IMG/VR virus record: IMGVR_UViG_3300037234_000959
DNA: 64,000 nt
DNA from: an uncultured virus (IMG/VR IMGVR_UViG_3300037234_000959)
Lineage: Duplodnaviria; Heunggongvirae; Uroviricota; Caudoviricetes
Direction: 5' to 3' (one strand)
How positions within the stretch are numbered: position 1 is the first letter of the stretch; every line of letters begins with the position of its first letter. The notes under the pieces were generated by a model that searched no databases, was not told the origin of the DNA, and was given only the letters and a program-made list of their open reading frames with translations. This document shows, piece by piece, positions 48,865 through 58,339 of this stretch. The position numbers and the translations under genes are program-made.

Positions 48865-50079
48865 TTAAAATTGCTCACTCCATACAAGGCTACCTGTGGC
48901 ATCTGTTGTGGAAGAAGTAGCCTCTACGCTTAAGGTTAATGTTTCGCCGGGTTCAAGAACAATATTGTACTGAGACAAATCAATAACATCTCCAGTACTT
49001 TTGCTCACTGATATAGTGAATATTGGTTCTCCTCCAGTTAATGTTGTCCCTGCTATATCATAGCTTACAACACTGGTATTCGCACTTATATCACTATAAC
49101 TGGGACTCCCGCCAAGAGTTGCATTTTTTACTAATCGGATAATCGCAGGCTTGGTGCCATCAACACCATAACTGAAGGATTTTAATTCTATTTCTACTCT
49201 ATTGGTTTTGGTTACAAAAAGAGCCTTATTCTGGATTGTTACAATATTTGTTTCAGTTGTCGTAACTGCTGCCTTATCATTTGAAATAGACACAATGTTG
49301 CCCAACTCTGCTTCTTTGCCCTCAATACCGCCCATCATTGACGATGTTTGAAGCATTACATTGGTGTCGTTGGATGTGTTAATTACTTCAGCATGAAGAG
49401 GCAGTGAAGGATTAAAGATAGATGGATCTGTATAAGCGTTGGCATATTCTATAGTATGGACTTTGATAAAATCACCTGTTGGCGGGTTTTCTATCCAAAA
49501 AGTAATGGCGCCAAAGCCTAGCCACTGATACCTTATTTGATATACATTCCCTTTAGTTATATCAATGAATGGGAGCGCTCCTGCCCCAGTAGCTTTATCA
49601 TTACTCCATGCTGTTTGAGCCGTCCAATTATCAACGCTATTTTGCCGTCTTAGAATTCCAAATGTAGCTCCATTGCAGCCAAAGAAAAACCCATCAACAG
49701 CATCTCCTATCCCTAGTATTTGGCTTGAACCATCAACACACGCAGTATATATAGTAGTATCCCTTATAACCGACCCTTGCCCTTGTCTATATGACAAAAC
49801 ACGCCTCGACCAAAGATATGCTGCGGAAGAAGATGCCGCAGTTGTTTGTAATACGGCTTTAGAATTTGATTGCGTTACAGTCCCAGAGCCTACTGTAGAT
49901 GTGTTTACAAAGGCGGCATTTATATTGTAAGAAAAACCTATCTGTACTTTTGGGGTTATTTCGCCTACTAATAACCCACCGAAGGCTGTTTTTTGTAATG
50001 ATTCTGGTGGAGCATAAGTTGCAAAGGCAATCGTTGGAACCAGCAGTAATGCCAATAAAAATATTTTTAAGAGTCTCAT
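48865..50079 (-). CDS. Signal-peptide protein resembling phage structural/lectin-like proteins
   Basis: MRLLKIFLLALLLVPTIAFA; Y..GQG, DGFFFG, YQWLGFG, NPSLPL. Confidence 0.65.
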   Translation of the reverse strand: MRLLKIFLLALLLVPTIAFATYAPPESLQKTAFGGLLVGEITPKVQIGFSYNINAAFVNTSTVGSGTVTQSNSKAVLQTTAASSSAAYLWSRRVLSYRQGQGSVIRDTTIYTACVDGSSQILGIGDAVDGFFFGCNGATFGILRRQNSVDNWTAQTAWSNDKATGAGALPFIDITKGNVYQIRYQWLGFGAITFWIENPPTGDFIKVHTIEYANAYTDPSIFNPSLPLHAEVINTSNDTNVMLQTSSMMGGIEGKEAELGNIVSISNDKAAVTTTETNIVTIQNKALFVTKTNRVEIELKSFSYGVDGTKPAIIRLVKNATLGGSPSYSDISANTSVVSYDIAGTTLTGGEPIFTISVSKSTGDVIDLSQYNIVLEPGETLTLSVEATSSTTDATGSLVWSEQF

Positions 50080-50090
50080 GTCATACCTCA

Positions 50091-50729
50091 TTATTTTATA
50101 AGTAAGTTATCCTTATAGGTAAAATATGTAATATTCTCATTTCGAGTTGTTATACATCTGGCCGCAACCCCATCTATAGTTTCTGCTCCTGCCGGATCAA
50201 TACAGCAGCTATTCCCTGATGCATCTATCTTTTTTACATTACCAATTCGTTGCCCCACAACTCCCGAGGCTGAAACTATATAAATGTCAATATCGTCAGC
50301 CGTTGCATCACATATGATTTGATTTTTATTATTGATAGCAGAATAATTACTAAATATGGTTGTTGTGCTTGTAAAAGTCGACAACAACATAAACGAGGTA
50401 TCGGGTAAACCGTTAAGAGTTTTGGCGTCAACATTACCGGTAAAATTAGTGAAGCTCGTTTCAAGGCTGTTGAGCTGGCTCGATACATTCGCCAATACTG
50501 GCATCGCAACGGGATCTGTTTCAGTCCCAAGCGTTCCAGTCCCATATGACGAATAATCACCAAAAACAATCTTATCGCCAGGCACTAAAGGGCTTACCAC
50601 CCCCGTCCTGCTATCACGTATCCACCCTGATTCGCGAGGGTCGATAGTTTTACCCCCTTTTTCGGTGCGTCTGCCATAGGCTGGAAACGCCATCGCAAGG
50701 ATAAGTATTGCTAAAAGTATTTTTTTCAT
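50091..50729 (-). CDS. Signal-peptide protein with fibre-like C-terminus
   Basis: MKKILLAILILAMAFPAYG; DAKTLNG and KKIDASGN...ETIDG motifs. Confidence 0.65.
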   Translation of the reverse strand: MKKILLAILILAMAFPAYGRRTEKGGKTIDPRESGWIRDSRTGVVSPLVPGDKIVFGDYSSYGTGTLGTETDPVAMPVLANVSSQLNSLETSFTNFTGNVDAKTLNGLPDTSFMLLSTFTSTTTIFSNYSAINNKNQIICDATADDIDIYIVSASGVVGQRIGNVKKIDASGNSCCIDPAGAETIDGVAARCITTRNENITYFTYKDNLLIK

Positions 50730-50824
50730 TATCACTTCCCCTTTTTTATGTGTTAGCTCCGTAAAACTACCTTCTTCAGGTGGCAGATATAAGGAGCGGG
50801 CTTCGAGAAGCCCTAATCTTTTAC

Positions 50825-50853
50825 TTGCTATTTACAAAACAATCATTTACAAT
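50825..50853 (+). promoter_or_regulatory. Putative leaderless tnpB promoter
   Basis: TTGCTA-N17-TACAAT, ATG 7 nt downstream. Confidence 0.5.
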
Positions 50854-50860
50854 GTAAATC

Positions 50861-52051
50861 ATGATAATTAATAAGGCATACAGTTTTCGTTTGTATCCAA
50901 CAAAAGAGCAGGAGAACTTGTTTGCTCAACATTTCGGGTCATGCCGTTTTGCTTATAATCACTTTCTTCGTCAAAGGATAGACTTCTATGCCGAGAATAA
51001 GGAGAGCGATAAGATAGGTTTAACATATTGCGACACCTCCAGAATGTTGACGGAACTTAAAAAACAACCGGAAACTGTCTGGCTTAAAGATGTCAATTCT
51101 CAATCCCTTCAGCAGTCCCTTCGCCGTCTTGACGTTGCTTACAATAATTTCTTTAGCAAGAAGGCTCAATTCCCGAAGTTTAAAAGTAAGCATAAAAAAC
51201 AATCTTTTCAGGTTCCTCAGAATTTCAGCATAGATATTGATAATGGACTTCTTTCTATCCCTAAAATCGGCTCTCTTAAAATCGTATTGCACCGGGGAAC
51301 CGAAGGAACTATGAAAAGCATCACTATATCCAAGACACCTTCTGGTAAATACTTTGCCTCCATCCTTTGCGAGATAGAGAAGGATATCAAGCCTAAACAG
51401 ACTGGTGGGCAGATAGGTATTGATCTTGGCCTCAAGTCTTTTATCGTAACCTCCGAGGGTGAAAGTATTGGTGCTCCTAAGTTCCTCCGCAAGTCTGAAA
51501 ACAAGCTTGCCCGGCTTCAGCAGCTCCATTCCCGCAAAAAGAAAGGAAGCAACAGAAGAAACAAAGCGAGAATAAAAGTTGCTCGCATATATGAAAAAAT
51601 TTCCAATCAGAGAAATGACTTCCTTCATAAACTGAGTCACCGTCTGACTAGCGAGAACCAAGCTATCCTTGCCGAAGACTTGAATATTAAGGGAATCATG
51701 GCGAATCATTGTCTGGCTAAGTCCGTTTCGGATGCTGGCTGGTCGGAGTTTATTCGTCAAATCAAATATAAATCTGAATGGAACGGGGTATATTTTGGAC
51801 AGATTGACAGATTCTTTCCAAGTAGTAAGCGATGTGCAGTTTGCGGCTGGATAAATCAATCCCTTTCCCTTAAAGATAGGGAATGGACTTGTCAGGGTTG
51901 CGGCCAAGTTATTGATCGTGATTTGAATGCTGCTCAAAATATCCTCCAATTTGGTTTGCTTCAACGTACCGAGGGACGCTCGGAAACGAAACGCCCAGGG
52001 AGACCACGTGCTGTTAGACGGGTCGCTGAACTGGGAAGCCGCCTGCGTTAG
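50861..52051 (+). CDS. tnpB: RNA-guided endonuclease TnpB
   Basis: N-terminal HTH; RuvC GIDLG / EDL / DRDLNAA; CxxC...CxxC Zn finger. Confidence 0.95.
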   Translation: MIINKAYSFRLYPTKEQENLFAQHFGSCRFAYNHFLRQRIDFYAENKESDKIGLTYCDTSRMLTELKKQPETVWLKDVNSQSLQQSLRRLDVAYNNFFSKKAQFPKFKSKHKKQSFQVPQNFSIDIDNGLLSIPKIGSLKIVLHRGTEGTMKSITISKTPSGKYFASILCEIEKDIKPKQTGGQIGIDLGLKSFIVTSEGESIGAPKFLRKSENKLARLQQLHSRKKKGSNRRNKARIKVARIYEKISNQRNDFLHKLSHRLTSENQAILAEDLNIKGIMANHCLAKSVSDAGWSEFIRQIKYKSEWNGVYFGQIDRFFPSSKRCAVCGWINQSLSLKDREWTCQGCGQVIDRDLNAAQNILQFGLLQRTEGRSETKRPGRPRAVRRVAELGSRLR

Positions 52052-52063
52052 CAGGCGGAGCCG

Positions 52064-52480
52064 TCACTTAAACTTACGTGCTGAAGCGGCCAAGATGGTT
52101 AATTCCAGCTCTACCGTCCCTGTTGCGTTTACGGCATCTACGTTATTAATATACAGATAGAGATAGGCTTCCCTTGGTGTATCTGCATTGGCATAGTGCT
52201 TATGTATCTCAGTGGCCACATATCGGACGTCAATGCCAGTTTCGACAAACAGTTCTTTTACCGTGGGTGGCGTAACATCCTTTTCGCTTCTCAGGGATAT
52301 ATCAAAATTCTCCGAGTCACAAGTTACGGCCAGGTCGACAAGTTTCCCGCCCTCGGGCGCAATAAGTCGTATCTGATCAGACAATGTGCCGGCAGCGATC
52401 GACGGGATGGTAAATTTATGAATATGTAGATGCTTCATCTCGTATAGTTTGTCGTCGGAATCTTCACTGGCATCTATCAT
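52064..52480 (-). CDS. Hypothetical (probably virion) protein
   Basis: GAGGAG RBS; stop codon supplied by the IS end. Confidence 0.6.
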   Translation of the reverse strand: MIDASEDSDDKLYEMKHLHIHKFTIPSIAAGTLSDQIRLIAPEGGKLVDLAVTCDSENFDISLRSEKDVTPPTVKELFVETGIDVRYVATEIHKHYANADTPREAYLYLYINNVDAVNATGTVELELTILAASARKFK

Positions 52481-52592
52481 AATAAATTCTCCTCTTGATT
52501 TTGATTAATTTTTTAAAAGAGTTTTAAACTTACATATACAGCAATATGTGTTATGATAATCCTATCATTACCTACGATTCAGCGAGGGTTTC

Positions 52593-53165
52593 ATGTCTAA
52601 ACGTTCTACTTATGGTCATATTCGTTATTTCCCTCGTCAAAAAACACCATATAGACTGATTAGTGTTACTGTGGATGGAATCAGAAGGCAAAGATTCGAA
52701 CATCGGCTTGTAATGGAAGAATTTTTGGGGCGTCCGCTTAACAATGATGAGGTGGTTCATCATATTGACGGCAATGGCCTTAATAATGATCCGAGCAACC
52801 TTGAAGTTCTTACACAATCCAAACATCAAAATTTGCACCTGTTTAATGGTCCCCACAAATGGTCGCTGGAGGAAGCAATCAAACTTAGAGGACAAGGTAA
52901 AACATTTGACTACATCGCAAACCATTTTAAGGTAGCCCCTGCTAGCATTCTCACCGCTTTTTATAGAAGAGATCTGCCAACAACTGATTTGCGATGGGGA
53001 ACAAACAAATGGGATGTCGAAAAAGGAATATCTCTTCTTAAGGAGGGGCACTCCCTCTCCTATATTGCTAAAGCAATGGATATTACGTCCCCATCTGTGA
53101 GAAAGGCCTTTGTGAAGCGTGGTCTGCTTCCACCCCCAGTTCCCAGAAAAAAATCTTTTAAATAA
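52593..53165 (+). CDS. HNH homing endonuclease with HTH repeats
   Basis: EHRLVME..LGRPL...EVVHHIDG...NN...NL. Confidence 0.85.
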   Translation: MSKRSTYGHIRYFPRQKTPYRLISVTVDGIRRQRFEHRLVMEEFLGRPLNNDEVVHHIDGNGLNNDPSNLEVLTQSKHQNLHLFNGPHKWSLEEAIKLRGQGKTFDYIANHFKVAPASILTAFYRRDLPTTDLRWGTNKWDVEKGISLLKEGHSLSYIAKAMDITSPSVRKAFVKRGLLPPPVPRKKSFK

Positions 53166-53179
53166 AAATAATATCATAT

Positions 53180-54235
53180 TTATTTTGCTACCCGTCTCTT
53201 TTTCCACATTAATGGCATAGACTTAATAATTTTTGCTGTCTTCTCCTTGGTCGCCAATACCTTGTCCTTGAACTGCTCCATGGGCATAGTAGTCATGCTG
53301 CCAAGGAATCTTTTGTCGTTGTAGTGGGCAAGATAGGCAGACTTAGCTTCGCTCATAGAGGCAAAGCCAAGCATACATTTCTGTTCATCATAGGTTTTAA
53401 ATTCAGGCGCCTTCATCTGGTGGACTATATAAGCGCTCTTCGCATCCTTATGGGGCCCAACATAGCAATCTACATGATCACCATCGCTACCCTCAGTCAT
53501 CCTGATGTAGCCATAAGGACATTTCATACGGGTTGTGCCGTTCTCCTTATTATGCGGATCGTACCACTGCCTGATGCTACCCTTGCGATTTTCGACGGAT
53601 ATATTCAGACCTTGGAAGTTCATGCGGCCGTGGAGGGAGCGGGATTTAAGGAGATAAGGGACTAAGGCAGGAAGAGACTTTTTGATTGTTTTATGGATGT
53701 AGTGACCATCCACCTTTTCGATCTCATCCAGATTAACCGTAAAGGTTCCACTACCCTTTTCCATCTCAATCCTGTTTGATGCTGGCATTACCTTAGTCAC
53801 CTTCATGATTCCGAAAGCGCGATTACCTGTGTCTACTGAATCGCCAGGCTTTATCGCCTTCCCCGGCTTCTTCTCAGGATCCTCTTTATCCTTGCCGCTC
53901 CCGCCCGTCGCATGCTCATAGAGGTTCCTGAATGCCTTGTCGGGACTCAGCTCGCCGCCTTCGCCAAATTTCTCTTGAAACTCATCTGCAACTTCCTTAG
54001 GGATGCCCGTCCTATGCTTGAATGCGGCATATGCCGTTTCGAAGCTGTCGTGCTTAGCCACCTCGCTAACAATTGCCGAAAGTCCACTACTCATAGATGG
54101 AGCCTTGGCAGTCTTCTTACTCCTTATGTCTTCATGTTGGCGAACCTGAACGATTTTCCCGCCCTTCGTCTTCCTTGTATGCTCTTTGACGACGGACTTG
54201 ACCATTTGCTCTAGTTTAGAAAGGGAAATGTACAT
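53180..54235 (-). CDS. Polyprotein with inorganic-pyrophosphatase-like (InPase) domain
   Basis: EN.KGS.R...YGYI..T.G.DGDHVDCYVG...DE.KCMLGF; N-terminal basic tag. Confidence 0.75.
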   Translation of the reverse strand: MYISLSKLEQMVKSVVKEHTRKTKGGKIVQVRQHEDIRSKKTAKAPSMSSGLSAIVSEVAKHDSFETAYAAFKHRTGIPKEVADEFQEKFGEGGELSPDKAFRNLYEHATGGSGKDKEDPEKKPGKAIKPGDSVDTGNRAFGIMKVTKVMPASNRIEMEKGSGTFTVNLDEIEKVDGHYIHKTIKKSLPALVPYLLKSRSLHGRMNFQGLNISVENRKGSIRQWYDPHNKENGTTRMKCPYGYIRMTEGSDGDHVDCYVGPHKDAKSAYIVHQMKAPEFKTYDEQKCMLGFASMSEAKSAYLAHYNDKRFLGSMTTMPMEQFKDKVLATKEKTAKIIKSMPLMWKKRRVAK

Positions 54236-56847
54236 TGAACTACCTCCGATTTTTTAATTCGCTTACTTGCTTCTTTTAAAGTTTTTTGACTTACCCCAAC
54301 TACTCCAGAACGACCTTTTTCATCTCTAAAACCCTCGATGTCCTTAAAGGTAAGAAACCGTGTTTTGCCAACAACGGACTTCTTCTTTTCAGGCTTAAAC
54401 GTGCTGTGAACTACGTTCCCCTTTTCCCTTTTCCGGTAAACCATGGAGACAACTTCTTTGTTCCCCTGTTCCGCAAAGATGATTGCATCAGCTTTCTTCT
54501 TCAAACCAAGCAGTCCACGACCATCAGCCCACTTGACGAAGAAACCATATCCGTTTTCGGCAACATCGGGAGTATCAAGCTTTTTGAACTTCTCGATAAT
54601 TGTGCTCTCTTCCCGGGGGAGGCTCGAAGATTTTTTAAGAAGAAATACCCTTGCCGCCATGGACTTCCTTAATTCTACTAGCTCCATAGATATAATATCG
54701 TTCTTAATCTTATCCCATGTTTTTTTCGTAAAAGGCCCGTCAGCAAGATCATTGCCTCTATTACGGTCTTCACCTGCTTCAGGCTTCCTCGCTGAACAAA
54801 CACAGCCAAGATATCCATCGGTATCTTTCGATGTCGAGATATAATTACTTCTATCTATGGCACGAACACTATATTTGTATCTATCGGTATAAAGATTGAA
54901 GGCAACACCTATCTCTGAATTGCCATGATCGTCTCCTTGTCCCCAGTCTTCTTTGATATCTACAAATTTATCAACACGACAGTATCTTGCGATTTCCTGT
55001 AACCACTCGTTTTTGAGAGTTTCTATTTTAGACATTTTATTATAAGACTTCTTAAGCAAAAACACCTTAGGAGCCAATATAAGCGCTTTTCTCTTCTGTT
55101 CAGAAGAGCATGTCTTTTCGAGTTCGGCGCCCTTAGGCAAAAGCAAGGGTATGCCTTTTTCTGCAAGAGACTTCCGAAGGCAGTACGTTCCATCTTTACC
55201 TAAATAAAGGTGATAGGCGTTGTTGTAGTGTTCATGTCCATGGGTACTCTCGCTCTTCTCTATACCACGAAGTCTATCTACCATGTCTCCAAAGAGTCCC
55301 TTAAAGGTAACACTCCATATCTGCTCAACCGCATGCCGCCAGCTAGTAAACCTGACAGCCCTGTCATCGAGGTAGATGTCTGCTATCGGCTTGCCCGGGT
55401 TCGTCCCTTCCGGCTGGTTTGGATTGATATTGATAAAATGATAAGAGATTTCATTATTGGCAAGATACGCCCTTAGCGCCGGGGTGTCTTCTCTGGTTGT
55501 AAATACAATAATCATGAAGCCAAATTCTGTAAGCTTCTGCATGGCCTCCACCGCCCCCGGGAGAACTTCTCCAAAAACATCATTTCCCTGAAAACCCTTA
55601 GAGTAGTCGGCAATGACACCATCGAAATCAACGCATACCGTTTTGTGTCCAGAAGAAACGCTCTTCCTGAGATCAAGAGCCTCCCGCATACTCTTCATGT
55701 AGTCCTGAAGGTCTTCAATGCCTCCAAGATCGCGCATCTTAACAAGGGCACCCTTGACGGCATCGGCAACATTATTGCGGGTCCATGCATATTCCTCTTG
55801 ATATTTCGTGCCCCTCTCTTTAAGCTTCTCGGCAATTTGCTCATTGGTATGTGGCTCATTATCACCGAGACCGAACTTCATACTAATCAGGTCGGCATCT
55901 GTTGAAGGGATCCGCGAAAGAAACTTCTCGATCGCTTTTTCTTTCGGAGGAAGCGCGAATCTTTCATGTTCAGGAGCGCTACTTAAGGCAGCAAGATTCC
56001 GCCTTGCTTCCGGATCCTCTTCGCCAGACTGGATGTCTATATGCTCTCTGCGTCTCTTGTTCTGGGTATTTACAACCTGTAGGGCTGAGTTTTTTCCTTC
56101 TCTCGACATGGAAACAAATATTCTACTCTTGTCTCGCTTTCCAGCCAGATGATCCTTGAATTCCTGTATATCCTTATCCGGGGTTTGAGCCGCCTCCCTA
56201 CGCAATGCATTCAGCATCCCTATGGCATATTCAGAAACCATGTCCGCATAATCATCATCATGGACACGAATAAACTCCCCGCTTGGATCAAAGCTTGTGT
56301 CCATATTATTCTGCTTGGCCAACCTGTGAACGCGATTAATGATATATCCCTTAATCCTATCATTAGTCAAAATATCTTCCTCGGTCATGCCAAGTCGCTT
56401 CATTCCTTTTTCACTCCTCTTCAGGCTTTCCTCTGAAGTAAGTACACGGTGAGCGCTGATCTTATCTCCTTTTGTGTAGCGAGTGTCCTTCTTACCCTTC
56501 TCCTGAAATGCCTTTAGCGATATAACCTGGCTCTTAGGGAGTATGTAGTTGATCACCTGGCCCTCGTTGCCCCGCTTACCCTTTATATGGTAATTCTCTG
56601 CCTTTGCGCCGACAATAACTCCCCTTCTCGCCCTTGCGGCCCCTTTAGGCCTGAAAACAACCTCCGTCCCCTTAGGGAGGCCCTTTTCTTTCCCGGTCTT
56701 CTTTTTGCGGATATCAGAATATTCCTTTACCTGAACCACTTTCCCGCCCCTTGTTTTCCGAACATGGGCCTTGACCACGGACTTGATAAGAAGGAGGTCC
56801 GTTGCAATGCCCAAGATAAAGGACTTAGATGTTTTTTTGTCAGCCAA
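54211..56847 (-). CDS. Polyprotein: basic tag, KOW-like, sigma70-like, HAD phosphatase and unknown domains
   Basis: Region 2- and 4-like motifs; VDFDGV...KP.ADIYLDD. Confidence 0.7.
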   Translation of the reverse strand: MADKKTSKSFILGIATDLLLIKSVVKAHVRKTRGGKVVQVKEYSDIRKKKTGKEKGLPKGTEVVFRPKGAARARRGVIVGAKAENYHIKGKRGNEGQVINYILPKSQVISLKAFQEKGKKDTRYTKGDKISAHRVLTSEESLKRSEKGMKRLGMTEEDILTNDRIKGYIINRVHRLAKQNNMDTSFDPSGEFIRVHDDDYADMVSEYAIGMLNALRREAAQTPDKDIQEFKDHLAGKRDKSRIFVSMSREGKNSALQVVNTQNKRRREHIDIQSGEEDPEARRNLAALSSAPEHERFALPPKEKAIEKFLSRIPSTDADLISMKFGLGDNEPHTNEQIAEKLKERGTKYQEEYAWTRNNVADAVKGALVKMRDLGGIEDLQDYMKSMREALDLRKSVSSGHKTVCVDFDGVIADYSKGFQGNDVFGEVLPGAVEAMQKLTEFGFMIIVFTTREDTPALRAYLANNEISYHFININPNQPEGTNPGKPIADIYLDDRAVRFTSWRHAVEQIWSVTFKGLFGDMVDRLRGIEKSESTHGHEHYNNAYHLYLGKDGTYCLRKSLAEKGIPLLLPKGAELEKTCSSEQKRKALILAPKVFLLKKSYNKMSKIETLKNEWLQEIARYCRVDKFVDIKEDWGQGDDHGNSEIGVAFNLYTDRYKYSVRAIDRSNYISTSKDTDGYLGCVCSARKPEAGEDRNRGNDLADGPFTKKTWDKIKNDIISMELVELRKSMAARVFLLKKSSSLPREESTIIEKFKKLDTPDVAENGYGFFVKWADGRGLLGLKKKADAIIFAEQGNKEVVSMVYRKREKGNVVHSTFKPEKKKSVVGKTRFLTFKDIEGFRDEKGRSGVVGVSQKTLKEASKRIKKSEVVQCTFPFLN

Positions 56848-56895
56848 TTACAGACTCCATTCAATTTACGAAAACTTGTCTAAATTATTCCGAAA

Positions 56896-58107
56896 TTATT
56901 CCTTCTTTGCCCATGGCTCATATCCTGTATATGCATAAGGGCCCATACAAGAGCACCACGGATGAACCAGCCCGGCAACCGGCTTAAGCGCTTCCGCCCC
57001 ATCGACGCGACGATTTGAACTTACCATCCCGCTTCGAACAGGATAAGGCTTGCGGCCTATGTTGTTGCCATGCTTAAGCATTTCTGCCAGCTTGAAGAGC
57101 TTAGGTGTGCCGTCTGGTTTAACGTAAAGGTGAATACACTGTTCGCATGCTGTAGGTAGTGGCATCTTATAGACAAGCTGATCAGGCCCAAAGGTCTCCA
57201 AGAGCTCCAGTCCTTGCCCCTGTCTTCGCGCATCCCCTAACTCGTAAAATGCGATCTTGTCCCAGTCGCGCTCGTGATCTTGAAACTTTGTTGCCATTTC
57301 ACTGGAAAAACCTTGCCAGTTATCGACCAGACTGCCACCTTCCCGTTTGAGTTCATGTCCGTGGTAATCAATTGCCATCTTCCTGACAATCTCTCTATTT
57401 CTGGCAGATGCCGCCTGCCCGAACTCTTTTGACAGCCCGTCGCCGAATGCTGTAATAAAGTTTGCTGTCTGCTGCTCTGCAACGGCTATAGCGTGGACAT
57501 CGGGTTTTATGAGAGGCATTTCAAGGGCAAGCTTCATTACTTCATCAAAGCTCTTCCCTTTTTCTACCGCCTGATACAACCTCCCGAAGAGGAAGGCGTT
57601 TTGTACAAGCTTCTTTTCTGCCGACATGGCCACGGCAAAGGCCTTTGGCGTTACACTCTTATCTATAAAGCCGAGTTCCTTCCACCTCTTCAGCACTTCT
57701 ATAGAGGGCTCAAAGTCAACTGACTCCATCTGTGCGGCGACAAAACCGAAGCGGTCCTTTATCGCCTCCTGAATAGTTCTTATCTCTTCCTTGGATAGAG
57801 CGTGTTCGAACGGCTTTTCGGCCTTTTCTAATCCAGCCCCGTCCTCTTCTTCCGCCTTTTCCAGTCTTTCCGTAAAGAAGGTGTCTAAATATCCCTCAAC
57901 CCATTCTACAGATTCACCAAAGAGCGCCTGAAACCGTCTATACAATTCCTTCATTGCAGGATGACTCGGTTCCCTCGGGCCACGGGCCTTTTCTGCCTTC
58001 AGAGACTTAACGATATCCTCAGCAAGTCCGGACTCCCTGGCAAGCGAGACTATCGCCTTTTGAAGCTCCTCTCCCTCGAGGTTATGTTCGATTACAAGTT
58101 CACTCAT
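56896..58107 (-). CDS. MuF-like head morphogenesis protein
   Basis: ACEQC...HPWCSC; downstream of portal. Confidence 0.7.
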   Translation of the reverse strand: MSELVIEHNLEGEELQKAIVSLARESGLAEDIVKSLKAEKARGPREPSHPAMKELYRRFQALFGESVEWVEGYLDTFFTERLEKAEEEDGAGLEKAEKPFEHALSKEEIRTIQEAIKDRFGFVAAQMESVDFEPSIEVLKRWKELGFIDKSVTPKAFAVAMSAEKKLVQNAFLFGRLYQAVEKGKSFDEVMKLALEMPLIKPDVHAIAVAEQQTANFITAFGDGLSKEFGQAASARNREIVRKMAIDYHGHELKREGGSLVDNWQGFSSEMATKFQDHERDWDKIAFYELGDARRQGQGLELLETFGPDQLVYKMPLPTACEQCIHLYVKPDGTPKLFKLAEMLKHGNNIGRKPYPVRSGMVSSNRRVDGAEALKPVAGLVHPWCSCMGPYAYTGYEPWAKKE

Positions 58108-58111
58108 TGAA

Positions 58112-58339
58112 TTAATACAGTCTAATGATTTGGATTAACAAAACTATAATTCCAATAAAACCAACACCCAAAACGGTACTCATCTCTACACACATAGGAG
58201 TTGCATATTTACACCAATTATCGTAACTGAGTTCCCGATATTTCCACGGATGACTTTCCGGGAAAAAAGGCTTGCACATACGCATAACAATATATGAAGG
58301 AATCAATAAGAATTTTTTCACAGCTTTGCCTTCTTTCAT
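58112..58339 (-). CDS. Small membrane protein
   Basis: C-terminal TM helix. Confidence 0.45.
   Translation of the reverse strand: MKEGKAVKKFLLIPSYIVMRMCKPFFPESHPWKYRELSYDNWCKYATPMCVEMSTVLGVGFIGIIVLLIQIIRLY

Larger units (their letters stand above)
50750..52067 (+). mobile_element. IS200/IS605-family TnpB-only element (IS1341-like)
   Basis: TTTAT then structured left end; right-end hairpin CCGCCTGC-GTTA-GCAGGCGG then TCAC; no tnpA. Confidence 0.85.

Noticed and set aside
51020..51964. 314-aa antisense ORF and similar long shadow ORFs
   Set aside because: They lie antisense to clear genes such as tnpB, sbcC and sheath, and have no motifs.
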